Below are positions 31,787 through 40,920 of a DNA stretch of 64,000 nucleotides, in pieces. The position numbers and the translations under genes are program-made. How positions within the stretch are numbered: the first letter of the stretch is position 1; every line of letters starts with the position of its first letter. Below the pieces are notes generated by a model. The model was not told where the DNA came from and searched no databases. It was given only the letters and a program-made list of their open reading frames with translations. Source of the stretch: an uncultured Pseudomonadales bacterium (GTDB lineage: Bacteria; Patescibacteriota; Microgenomatia; UBA1400; CAYXSR01); NCBI GenBank assembly GCA_964430265.1, contig CAYSEI010000002.1, positions 141,209-205,208 of the forward strand, read 5' to 3'.

Positions 31787-31858
31787 GGGCTAGTAGCTCA
31801 GGGGTAGAGCGCTATTCTTATAAAATAGTGGTCGATAGTTCGAATCTATCCTAGCCCA
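31787..31858 (+). tRNA. tRNA-Ile(UAU), CCA not encoded
   Basis: GGGCTAG/CTAGCCC acceptor with discriminator A, GCTC/GAGC D arm, CTATT-CTTATAA-AATAG anticodon arm (TAT at 31819-31821), GATAG-TTCGAAT-CTATC T arm; TGnTATAAT at 31767-31775. Confidence 0.93.
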
Positions 31859-31906
31859 CAAGAATAATTTATAATCAATTAAAAATTATAAAAATAAAGG
31901 ATTAAA

Positions 31907-32116
31907 ATGCCCAAATATTGTTATCAGTGCAATAAATGCGGAAAAACGTTTAAAATAGAAGCTTCCATTGAAGACAAAGAAAGCTTGGAAGTTTTCTGTC
32001 CTGAATGTGAAAGTACGGAAGTTAGGCAGAAATTTGGCACTTTTTTTAGTTCCGGAAATACGGGGGGATGTGTTTCAGGAAATTGCTCTTCTTGTTCAGG
32101 CTGCGGAGGACACTAA
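31907..32116 (+). CDS. FmdB-family zinc-ribbon protein
   Basis: MPKYCYQCNKCG..CPECES and a Cys/Gly/Ser-rich tail. Confidence 0.88.
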   Translation: MPKYCYQCNKCGKTFKIEASIEDKESLEVFCPECESTEVRQKFGTFFSSGNTGGCVSGNCSSCSGCGGH

Positions 32117-32913
32117 TGGTTAAGGTTATAAAAGCTGACGGTACAAAAGAGACATTTTCTAAGGAAAAACTTAATCAATCTATGATAAGGGCCGGAATTG
32201 GTAAAACTATAAGGGGAAAAGTAATTGCAGAAGTTAAAGATAAACTTTATGAAGGAATTTCCACCAAAGAAATCTATGATTTGGTTTCCGAAGAGCTTGA
32301 TCGGCAGGAAAAATACCTTGCTTCAAAATATAGTTTAAAAAAAGCAATTATGCGACTTGGACCAACAGGCTATCCATTTGAAAAATTTATTGCGGGTCTT
32401 TTACAAAAAAAAGGATATAAAACAGAGACAGCGCAAGAATTAATGGGTAAGTGTGTTAGTCATGAAGTTGACGTGATTGCCCAAAAAGATAATAAAAAGT
32501 TTGCTGTTGAATGTAAATACCACAATAAAAGGGGAACAAAAACAGATATTCAAAATGCTTTATACATCTATGCTCGTTATTTAGATTTAAAAGAAGCTCA
32601 GCAGTTAGATGAAATGTGGCTGGTTACCAACACGAAAATGACTTCCAAAGCAGTTGAATACTCAGAGTGCGTAGGATTAAAAGTAATTAGCTGGAATTAC
32701 AGTGGTGAATGGAGTTTGAGTGAACTAGTTGAAAACAGTGATTTGTATCCTATAACTTGTTTGGAAACATTGACGCGTCCAGAAGAAAAAGAACTCTTAA
32801 ATGAAGGAATTGTTTTTTGCCGTGATCTGAAACAGTCACCCAAATCCAAATACTTGCTTCCGAAAAGCAAAAAAGAAGAAGTTTTAAAAGAAATTGAGTT
32901 TCTTACTGAATAA
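32116..32913 (+). CDS. ATP-cone domain fused to an Mrr-like PD-(D/E)XK endonuclease
   Basis: VIKADGTKETFSKEKL (ATP cone); GYPFEKF, HEVDVIA, VECKYH; ATG overlaps the upstream TAA. Confidence 0.85.
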   Translation: MVKVIKADGTKETFSKEKLNQSMIRAGIGKTIRGKVIAEVKDKLYEGISTKEIYDLVSEELDRQEKYLASKYSLKKAIMRLGPTGYPFEKFIAGLLQKKGYKTETAQELMGKCVSHEVDVIAQKDNKKFAVECKYHNKRGTKTDIQNALYIYARYLDLKEAQQLDEMWLVTNTKMTSKAVEYSECVGLKVISWNYSGEWSLSELVENSDLYPITCLETLTRPEEKELLNEGIVFCRDLKQSPKSKYLLPKSKKEEVLKEIEFLTE

Positions 32914-32997
32914 AAACCCGCTTGCATACAAAGATGAGAGTATTATAATAATTTTGTAGAAAAAATTTAGCAAAAAATTCAATAAGAGGAGGTTAAA

Positions 32998-33270
32998 ATG
33001 AAAGTAATTAAAATTGGTGCTGAGTGGTGTCCAGGTTGTCTAGTTATGAAGCCCCGCTGGAAAAAGATTGAAGAAGAGCTGGAATGGTTGGAAACAGAAT
33101 ATCTTGATTATGATCACGATAGGGAAGAAGTTGAAGAATACGGGCTCAAAGAAGGTAAGCTTCCGGTTTTCATCTTTCTAAATAAAGATGGTGAAGAATT
33201 TATGCGTCTCCAAGGAGAACATCCTAAGGATGAATTAATTGAACTGTGTGAAGAAAACAAAGACAAATGA
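32998..33270 (+). CDS. Thioredoxin-family protein
   Basis: WCPGC and LP cis-proline loop. Confidence 0.9.
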   Translation: MKVIKIGAEWCPGCLVMKPRWKKIEEELEWLETEYLDYDHDREEVEEYGLKEGKLPVFIFLNKDGEEFMRLQGEHPKDELIELCEENKDK

Positions 33271-34427
33271 ATTTAAGGAAATTAGGTCTTTTTGTACTAT
33301 CTATTTTATTGTTATTATTCTCTTTTGTTCCTGTTCTTAATGCTCAAGAACACAAGTGTGAAGATGTTGAAGTGCATTTTTTTTGGGCAAAAGGATGTCC
33401 CCATTGTGCTGAGGAAAAGAAATTTCTAGACAAACTTGAGAAAAAATATCCTGAATTGGATGTTCAAAGATACGAAGTTTCCGGAAATAGGGAAAATCAA
33501 GAGCATATGCAGAAACTGGCAGAAAAAGTGGACGCAAATGTAAGAGGTGTTCCGTTTACAGTAATTGAAGACCAATATTTTATTGGTTTTTATGATGAAG
33601 AAACAACAGGCAAAGAAATTGAAGAAGCAGTCAAATGCCTTTTGCCTCAGGAAAAGCAAGATAAATCAGTAATTCCTAATTCAGTTAGTGTACCCCTTTT
33701 AGGGAAAATTCAGACAAAAGAACTTTCCCTTCCTTTATTCAGTATTGTCTTAGGATTTTTGGACGGGTTTAATCCGTGTGCAATGTGGGTGCTTTTGTTT
33801 CTAATTAGTCTTTTATTGGGAATTGAGAACAAACGTAGACGTTGGATCCTTGGTAGCGTATTTATTGTTGCTTCTTCTTTTGTGTATTTTCTTTTTATGG
33901 TTGCATGGCTGAACTTCTTTTTGTTTTTGGGCTATGTAGTTTGGGTAAGGTATTTGATTGGTGCTTTGGCAGTAGGTGTGGGAATATATAATTTTTATGA
34001 TTTTTATAAAAACAAAGACGGCGGCTGCAAAGTTACAGGGGATGAAAAAAGACGTAAAATATTTTATAAAATTAAAAATATTGTTAAGAAAAATAGTTTA
34101 TTTATAGCAATAATTGGAATAATTCTTCTTGCTTTTGCAGTTAATATGGTAGAGCTTGTTTGTTCCGCAGGTCTTCCGGCAATATTTACCAAGGTTTTAA
34201 CATTAAGCAAACTTCCAATGTGGGAGTATTATTCTTATTTACTTTTATATATTCTATTTTTTATGATTGATGATTTGATCATTTTTTTTACGGCTATGAT
34301 TACCCTCCATACAGTAGGAATTGAATCTAAGTATGCAAGATATTCCAATATTATTGGAGGCCTTTTAATGCTGATTATTGGAATTTTAATGCTCTTTAAG
34401 CCAGAAGTTTTAATGTTTAGTGGTTAA
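33267..34427 (+). CDS. Exported glutaredoxin/thioredoxin domain fused to a CcdA/DsbD-like membrane domain
   Basis: Signal peptide, GCPHC, GVP, DGFNPCA, ELVCSAG. Confidence 0.82.
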   Translation: MNLRKLGLFVLSILLLLFSFVPVLNAQEHKCEDVEVHFFWAKGCPHCAEEKKFLDKLEKKYPELDVQRYEVSGNRENQEHMQKLAEKVDANVRGVPFTVIEDQYFIGFYDEETTGKEIEEAVKCLLPQEKQDKSVIPNSVSVPLLGKIQTKELSLPLFSIVLGFLDGFNPCAMWVLLFLISLLLGIENKRRRWILGSVFIVASSFVYFLFMVAWLNFFLFLGYVVWVRYLIGALAVGVGIYNFYDFYKNKDGGCKVTGDEKRRKIFYKIKNIVKKNSLFIAIIGIILLAFAVNMVELVCSAGLPAIFTKVLTLSKLPMWEYYSYLLLYILFFMIDDLIIFFTAMITLHTVGIESKYARYSNIIGGLLMLIIGILMLFKPEVLMFSG

Positions 34428-35508
34428 AATTAAGGCTGGGCCTGCGTTCTAAAGAATAAATATCTTTTACAAATTCTTTTCTTTTGTATTTATAATAAGC
34501 AGCAATTCCAATCATAGCTGCATTATCTCCCAGTAAACGATCAGAATAAGGAATAGTAACTGGCATAGAGTATTTCTTTGCAGTTTGTCTTATCTTGTTT
34601 CTAACGTATAAGTTATTAATAACACCGCCTCCTAGAAGAAGTTTATTAACAGGATATTTATCCATTGCTTTTTCCAGTTTGTTAGTGATTGATTTAGTTA
34701 AAACTTTTTGAAATGAAGCAGAAAAGTCTTTGTAAAATTGTGCATTTTTAGTTTTTTCATCAAATTCTTTTATTTTATACATGCAAGCTGTTTTTAATCC
34801 GGAAAAGGAAAAATTTAGAGACTTATGTTTGCGCATGGGAACAGGAAGCTCAAATCTGTCAGCATTTCCTTCTTCTGCAAGCTTTTCAATTATTGGTCCT
34901 CCAGGATAGCCTAAATCAAGCATTTTAGCAACCTTATCAAAAGCTTCACCAGCTGCATCATCAAGTGTTTCTCCTAATAATTCATATTTTCCGAATTTTT
35001 TCATTAATACAAGCTGTGTATGTCCTCCAGATATTAAAAGGCCAAGAAAAGGAAAGTCATGTTCTTCTGATGAAAGGGGTCCTTTTCCTTTTGAATTCAA
35101 AGCAAAAGAAGAAAGTAGATGCGCTTCCATATGGTTGATTGCTGTTAAAGGCTTTTTTAAATCACAAGAAAGTTGTTTTGCTTTTTCTATTCCAACTTCT
35201 AGTGAAGGAGCAAGTCCGGGTCCACGGGTAACAGCAACAGCATCCAGCTTTTTATATTTAATTTTATCAATGGGCAGATTAAAATGCTTTCTAACGCGGT
35301 TAGCTCTTTTAAGTGCTGTTTCAATAACATCACCTATATGTTCTTTATGCTCTCTTTTTGCAAGGTTAGGAACAACCCCTCCCCATTCTTTATGTACTTC
35401 AATTTGTGAATGAATAATATTGCTTAAAACTCTTCGTGCAAAAGTAATTGCTGCAGCTGTTTCATCGCATGATGTTTCAATAGATAAAATAATAGGATTA
35501 TTATTCAT
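34417..35508 (-). CDS. tsaD: tRNA t6A threonylcarbamoyltransferase TsaD
   Basis: IETSCDET, GGVVP, GPGL, NHMEAH, SGGHT, DDAAGEAFDK, DNAAMI; start taken at MNNNP. Confidence 0.98.
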   Translation of the reverse strand: MNNNPIILSIETSCDETAAAITFARRVLSNIIHSQIEVHKEWGGVVPNLAKREHKEHIGDVIETALKRANRVRKHFNLPIDKIKYKKLDAVAVTRGPGLAPSLEVGIEKAKQLSCDLKKPLTAINHMEAHLLSSFALNSKGKGPLSSEEHDFPFLGLLISGGHTQLVLMKKFGKYELLGETLDDAAGEAFDKVAKMLDLGYPGGPIIEKLAEEGNADRFELPVPMRKHKSLNFSFSGLKTACMYKIKEFDEKTKNAQFYKDFSASFQKVLTKSITNKLEKAMDKYPVNKLLLGGGVINNLYVRNKIRQTAKKYSMPVTIPYSDRLLGDNAAMIGIAAYYKYKRKEFVKDIYSLERRPSLNFNH

Positions 35509-36595
35509 GACTGACCTCAATTCGTCTATTTTTTTTGTTGTCAGTATATTTTATTGATACCCAAATTATTTTAATATTGGGATTTGATTTATACTGATCA
35601 ACAAGATATTTGGCTTTTTCAATCCATTCAACTGCAATTACATTTCCTGGCTTAAGCATTCTTTTAAAACCGAGGTTTTCCAGTTCTTGAGGGTTTTCCA
35701 TACGCCAAGTGTCTATGTGAAAAAACATTCCACTTTTTTTATTTAAAGAGTAATTGTATTCACGGACTAGTACATAGCTGGGTGACTTGATAGTACTTTT
35801 TATATTTAAAGCTTTGGCAATTCCTTTACAAAACTCGGTTTTTCCTGTGCCCAGCTTTCCTTGCAAAGCAAAAATTAAACATTTATCTTCATTTAAATAT
35901 TTAAAGTGGTCAGTTGTCAGGGAAATAGCAAGATTTTGAGTTTCTTGATTAGACCTACTTGTTGAAATTCTTGAATTTAAATCACTAAAGTTTATTTTCC
36001 CTTCTCTAATAATCTCTAGATTTTCTTTTGTTGTGCTTACGACTGTAGACGGTTTTCTTTTTGGCAGTTCCCCCGCGTCAATAATAAGGTCAATTAATTT
36101 CTTTTTTTCTTGACTTAGACATACTAAAATATCCTTAATTTTATATGGTGTTTTTTTATTGGAGATATTTGCAGAAGTTGCTGTTATTGGCTTCCCAAAT
36201 TTTCTTATTATTTTTCTTGTTAATTCATAATCTGGAATTCTTATTCCTAATGTGCCTTTTTCTGATTCAAGTTTAGAATCAACTTTATGTTTACCCATTG
36301 AAATTACTGTAATAGGACCCGGAAGAAAATTATCATAAAGATTTTCTGCAGTTTTATTAAATTCAACATAATTCTTGGCCATTTTCTTATCCGAAACAGC
36401 AATAGAAATTGGTTTACCCTTGCGAAACCCTTTGTAATTGAGTAATTTTTGTACTGCTTTCGGGTTAGTGGCGTCCACGCCAATTCCATAACAAGTTTCG
36501 GTTGGGTATATAATAACTCCATCTTTATTAAGGACAGCAGCAACTTTTTTTATAATTTCTTTTTCTGGTATTTGCTTAAGTTTTATTGTTTTCAT
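35501..36595 (-). CDS. Fusion of TsaC/Sua5 (YrdC) and TsaE ATPase
   Basis: N-half PTETCYG, PGPIT, GIRIP, ATSANIS, PSTVV; C-half GKLGTGKT, SPSYVLVREY, HIDTWR, VEW. Confidence 0.92.
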   Translation of the reverse strand: MKTIKLKQIPEKEIIKKVAAVLNKDGVIIYPTETCYGIGVDATNPKAVQKLLNYKGFRKGKPISIAVSDKKMAKNYVEFNKTAENLYDNFLPGPITVISMGKHKVDSKLESEKGTLGIRIPDYELTRKIIRKFGKPITATSANISNKKTPYKIKDILVCLSQEKKKLIDLIIDAGELPKRKPSTVVSTTKENLEIIREGKINFSDLNSRISTSRSNQETQNLAISLTTDHFKYLNEDKCLIFALQGKLGTGKTEFCKGIAKALNIKSTIKSPSYVLVREYNYSLNKKSGMFFHIDTWRMENPQELENLGFKRMLKPGNVIAVEWIEKAKYLVDQYKSNPNIKIIWVSIKYTDNKKNRRIEVSHE

Positions 36596-36645
36596 TCAAT
36601 CATATATTTTATCATTTACTTATGTCAGTGTATAATTGTGAATGT

Positions 36646-37707
36646 ATGTTTAAGAAATTAATTATCAGCTTATTATTTATACTATATTTAGCTAATCCTG
36701 CAATGGCGCAGAAAAATGCTACTTATCAAGGTGTAATAACTAATGTGATTAGTGAAGAAAAGCAAGGAATGACAAATCTTCAAAAAGTTGAAGTTAAAAT
36801 TACAAATGATAAAGCAAATATAGATAAAGTTGAAGCACTGGTACAGATGTCAGGAGCTGTAAAACAGAGAAAGGCAAAAAAAGGGGACGAAGTAATTTTG
36901 GAATCCGGTACAAACTTGGAAGGCAATGTTCAGTATTATGTTGTGGATTTTGTTAGGACTAGCGGTCTTTTTTGGTTGTTTTTGATATTTGTGGCTCTTG
37001 TTTTATCAGTTGCCAGATTTAAAGGATTGACTTCACTGATTGGAATGGCTTTTTCATTTGTAGTCATATTTATGTTAATACTGCCTCTCATAAACCAAGG
37101 AAAAGATCCAGTTTTGGTTTCATTATTAAGTTCACTTTTGATTATCCCAGCCACATTTTACATGTCTCATGGATTTGAAAAAAAGACAACGGTTGCTGTG
37201 ATTGGTACATTAATTTCTTTGGGTATTACCGGGTTACTAGCACAAGTTTTTGTTCAAGCTACAAGGTTGAGTGGTTTTGTTTCGGAAGAAGCAGGCTTTT
37301 TACAGCAAATGAAAGGTGGAGAAATTAATGTAAGAGGACTTTTATTGGCAGGAATAATAATTGGAACCTTGGGAATTTTGGATGACGTATCAATATCTCA
37401 AGCGGGAATAATAGATCAACTCAAGAAAGCAAACAAAAAAATAAAAGACAAAGAACTTTTTAACAGGGCAATGGAAATCGGTCGTGACCACATTGCTTCT
37501 ATGGTTAATACTTTAGTGTTGGTTTATACAGGAGCAGCTTTACCTTTGTTGCTTTTATTTATTAATAATCCGCATCCGTTTATGGAAATAGTTAATTATG
37601 AAATTATTGCCGAGGAAATTGTCAGAACTTTAGTCGGTAGCATTGGTTTAATAACAGCGGTTCCAATTACTACTATACTGGCAATAAAAATGCAAAATGA
37701 AAAATAA
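36646..37707 (+). CDS. YibE/F family membrane protein
   Basis: GILDDVSISQ, GRDHIASMVNTL, YTGAALP, EEIVR; start taken at ATG 36646. Confidence 0.9.
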   Translation: MFKKLIISLLFILYLANPAMAQKNATYQGVITNVISEEKQGMTNLQKVEVKITNDKANIDKVEALVQMSGAVKQRKAKKGDEVILESGTNLEGNVQYYVVDFVRTSGLFWLFLIFVALVLSVARFKGLTSLIGMAFSFVVIFMLILPLINQGKDPVLVSLLSSLLIIPATFYMSHGFEKKTTVAVIGTLISLGITGLLAQVFVQATRLSGFVSEEAGFLQQMKGGEINVRGLLLAGIIIGTLGILDDVSISQAGIIDQLKKANKKIKDKELFNRAMEIGRDHIASMVNTLVLVYTGAALPLLLLFINNPHPFMEIVNYEIIAEEIVRTLVGSIGLITAVPITTILAIKMQNEK

Positions 37708-38791
37708 AACATATTATATTGCCACTTTCGGCTGTCAAATAAATGAGGTAAATTCAGAGAAAATTGCCGCATTAATGGAAAAAAGAGGCTATAAACCGGC
37801 AATAGATCCTAATAAAGCAGAACTTGTGATAATAAATACCTGTTCTGTTAGAGAATCTGCAGAAAACCGGGTTTTTGGTTTAGTGAATAACCTTTCCAAA
37901 AACAAAAAAGAACAAAAAATAATTCTTACCGGCTGTATGCTTTATCATGGTAAAAAATGGCTTAAGAGAAAACTACCCGAGGTGAATTCATTTATTGAAA
38001 CTCCTGAATTTTTGGACAAAAAGGTTTTGCCCAAAAGAAAAAAGAAGAAACACGCTTGGGTTCCAATAATGTCGGGATGTAATAATTTTTGCAGTTATTG
38101 TGTAGTTCCTTATGCAAGAGGGAGAGAAAAAAGCAGAAATCTAACTGAAATTTATTGTGAAATAGAAAAATTAGCAGAAACTGATTACACAAAAATTACT
38201 CTTTTAGGGCAAAATGTAAATTCATACGGATTAGATTTTGAAAAAAAAGAGTGGGAAAGCCAAATAAGAGAATTAGAAAAGCGAGTAAAATTTAACTGCA
38301 AAAAAGTAAAGTGTAAATATTCTACTCCTTTTGGCTTTTTATTGGCAGTAATTCATCAAATAAAAAGCATAAAAAGTATTGCGTTTCTTACCAGCAATCC
38401 CTGGGATCTCACTGACGATATATTACGGGCTATGAAACTTCCTAAAATTGAAAAACACCTGCATTTGCCTGTTCAGTCAGGGGATGATCAAATCCTGAAA
38501 AAAATGAACAGAGACTATACAGCAGAAGAATATTTAAAACTGATAAATAAAGCAAAAAAAACTATTCCGGACTTAACTATTGGTACTGATATTATTGTTG
38601 GTTTTCCCGGAGAAACCAAAAAGCAATTTCAAAATACAGTAAAACTTTGTAAAAAAGTAAATTTCTCTAAAGCATATGTTGCCAGGTACTCACCACGTCC
38701 GGGAACAGTAGCTGCAAAATATAAAGATGATGTACCTCACAAAGAGAAAAAGCGGCGCTGGAGAATTTTAAATAAAATGATAAATGAATAA
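37697..38791 (+). CDS. miaB: tRNA methylthiotransferase, MiaB-like, lacking a TRAM domain
   Basis: TFGCQ, NTCSVR, TGC, CNNFCSYC, LLGQNVNSY, HLPVQSG, IIVGFPGET, YSPRPGT. Confidence 0.9.
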   Translation: MKNKTYYIATFGCQINEVNSEKIAALMEKRGYKPAIDPNKAELVIINTCSVRESAENRVFGLVNNLSKNKKEQKIILTGCMLYHGKKWLKRKLPEVNSFIETPEFLDKKVLPKRKKKKHAWVPIMSGCNNFCSYCVVPYARGREKSRNLTEIYCEIEKLAETDYTKITLLGQNVNSYGLDFEKKEWESQIRELEKRVKFNCKKVKCKYSTPFGFLLAVIHQIKSIKSIAFLTSNPWDLTDDILRAMKLPKIEKHLHLPVQSGDDQILKKMNRDYTAEEYLKLINKAKKTIPDLTIGTDIIVGFPGETKKQFQNTVKLCKKVNFSKAYVARYSPRPGTVAAKYKDDVPHKEKKRRWRILNKMINE

Positions 38792-38835
38792 TTGACTAAA
38801 GGATATTTATTTTGGTATCTTAAATTAAGGAGAAT

Positions 38836-39828
38836 ATGACAGTAAAAAAAATTGAAATAACTTCACGAACGATTATAAGAACAATTGTTCTTTTAATACT
38901 TGCCTGGGTGCTTTACTTAATCAGGGATTTTATTTTACTTTTGTTTATTGGAATTATATCTGCTTCCGCTCTTGCTCCTGTAGTGAGAAAATTAGAAAAA
39001 TTTAAAGTACCGCGCTTTCTTTCTATTCTGGTTTTTTATCTGATATTTATTGGACTCCTTGCAGGAGCAATTGCATCTATTATTCCTATTGTTGTTGAAC
39101 AAGTTACAACATTTATTAATAATCTGCCAATGATGTTTGAGCAGATTGAATTTTTAAATATGGATTTCCGGATTGGTGATTATATTAGTGAAATAAGTAG
39201 AATCCCGGGAAACATCTTCAAAATTATAAACCTTGCAGTATCCAATATTTTAAGAATAGCTGCGTTGGTGGTAATAATTTTTTATCTTCTAGTTGAAAGA
39301 AAGGGAATGGAAAACCATTTAAAATATTTTTTTGATGATGGAGATGAAGATAAGGCAATAAGAATAGTACAAAAATTTGAAAACCGTTTAGGCGGCTGGG
39401 TAAGAGGACAAATTACTCTTATGTTTATTGTTGGTCTTTTAGTATGGATAGGCTTAAAACTTTTGGCTATTGAGTTTGCCCTTCCTTTGGCAATAATTGC
39501 CGGAATTTTAGAAATTGTACCAAATATTGGTCCAACTCTTTCTATGCTCCCGGCGTTATTAGTAGCTGCTTCATATTCCCCTCCAATGGTATTGGCTGTT
39601 TTTGCTTTGTATTTTTTGGTCCAACAATTAGAGAATAATATAATTGTTCCTTTTATTATGAAAAAGGTCATTGGCTTCCATCCTTTAGTAACACTTATTG
39701 CTTTAATGGTTGGTTTTAAGCTTGGAGGTATAGGAGGAACATTGCTTTCTCTTCCAATTCTTTTGACAGGGCAAATAATTGCTGAAGAATTTCATCCTCA
39801 TCTTTTTTCAGACGACGACGAAGAATAA
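38836..39828 (+). CDS. AI-2E family transporter
   Basis: WVRGQ, P.IGP, QQLENNIIVP. Confidence 0.92.
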   Translation: MTVKKIEITSRTIIRTIVLLILAWVLYLIRDFILLLFIGIISASALAPVVRKLEKFKVPRFLSILVFYLIFIGLLAGAIASIIPIVVEQVTTFINNLPMMFEQIEFLNMDFRIGDYISEISRIPGNIFKIINLAVSNILRIAALVVIIFYLLVERKGMENHLKYFFDDGDEDKAIRIVQKFENRLGGWVRGQITLMFIVGLLVWIGLKLLAIEFALPLAIIAGILEIVPNIGPTLSMLPALLVAASYSPPMVLAVFALYFLVQQLENNIIVPFIMKKVIGFHPLVTLIALMVGFKLGGIGGTLLSLPILLTGQIIAEEFHPHLFSDDDEE

Positions 39829-39829
39829 A

Positions 39830-40119
39830 TACTCGGGAAGCCCGTAAGCCAGATTCTGTTTTAAAGTGACATTTGTCTATGCCCTCAAACTCGTTCGATT
39901 CGCGGAGGCATGCTCAGACGAACGCACGGAGGTTGCAGCAGGGGGAATTACCTCTTTTCACCCTCTATCCTTGAAACCAAGGCGAGTTGTTGTCTCTGTG
40001 GCTTATACCGTTTCTACAACAAAGTTGTAAACCACTGCCTTACGGCAGTCACCCTGCCTCCAGCTGTCTGGACTTTCCTCTCTGAACTAAATCAGAGCGT
40101 CACTTCAGCTTCCCGAGTA
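39830..40119 (-). ncRNA. rnpB: RNase P RNA (compact)
   Basis: Minus strand has GAGGAAAGTCC, CCACAGA, AGACAAATG and ACAGAATCTGGCTTA; terminal P1 tactcgggaagc/gcttcccgagta. Confidence 0.95.
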
Positions 40120-40221
40120 ATTAATTTTAACATATTTCATAGTAAAACACTAGGAAATAAACAGCTTTATTTTTTGTATAATTTTGTTATACAATTAGAT
40201 GTTAGAAAGGAGGTGGAATAA

Positions 40222-40920
40222 ATGAATGGATTATCACAAAATTGGCAGGAGAGCTTTTTTATGGCTCTAAACACAGTTATCACTAACGTTGTTTCATATT
40301 TTCCTACAATTTTAGCTGCAATTGTAGTTTTTATTGTGGGAATATTTTTGGCAGGCTGGGCAAAGAAACTAGTTGTTAAGTTGTTAAAAGCAGTCAAATT
40401 ACCGGGATTATTCAAAAAAAGCGGGTTAAAAGAATTGTTTGACAAATCAGATATTGTTTTGAAAATTGAGGAAGTGATTGGAGAAATTGTCAGATGGTTA
40501 ATTTTATTGCTTTTTTCAGTAACAGCAATAAACATCTTGGGATTGACAACTGTTTCACAGGTATTAAATAGAATTTTAGGCTATATACCTAGAGCAATTT
40601 CGGCTGTATTTATTCTAGCAATTGCTGTTTTAGCAGCAGGTTTAGTTGAAAATGTTATTAAAGGATCTTTAGCTCAGGTGAATATTAAAACTGCACGCTT
40701 GCTTTCAAAAGTGGGCAGTTATTTAGTAGTAATTTTTGGTGTTTTAGCAGCAATCAACGAGTTAGGAATTGCACAAACATTTGTTAATGCAATCTTTATT
40801 GGTTTGATAGCAGCTTTATCTTTAGGTTTTGGTTTGGCTTTAGGACTTGGAGGAAAAGATCTTGTTAAGAATTTGCTAGAGGAATGGCATAAAGACCTAA
40901 AAAAGAGTTCTAAAAAATAA
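40222..40920 (+). CDS. TM-helix repeat protein (MscS-associated/CmpX-like)
   Basis: YFPTILAA, YIPRAISA, FGLALGLGGKD. Confidence 0.82.
   Translation: MNGLSQNWQESFFMALNTVITNVVSYFPTILAAIVVFIVGIFLAGWAKKLVVKLLKAVKLPGLFKKSGLKELFDKSDIVLKIEEVIGEIVRWLILLLFSVTAINILGLTTVSQVLNRILGYIPRAISAVFILAIAVLAAGLVENVIKGSLAQVNIKTARLLSKVGSYLVVIFGVLAAINELGIAQTFVNAIFIGLIAALSLGFGLALGLGGKDLVKNLLEEWHKDLKKSSKK

Noticed and set aside
32068-32115. Extended N-termini in the ORF track (also 2956, 8186, 9340, 26486, 35520, 36586, 43661, 48302, 56716)
   Set aside because: Downstream ATGs fit family N-termini, stop-start coupling or promoter positions better.
39910-40221. 103-aa plus-strand ORF
   Set aside because: Lies antisense to the RNase P RNA and has an atypical composition.
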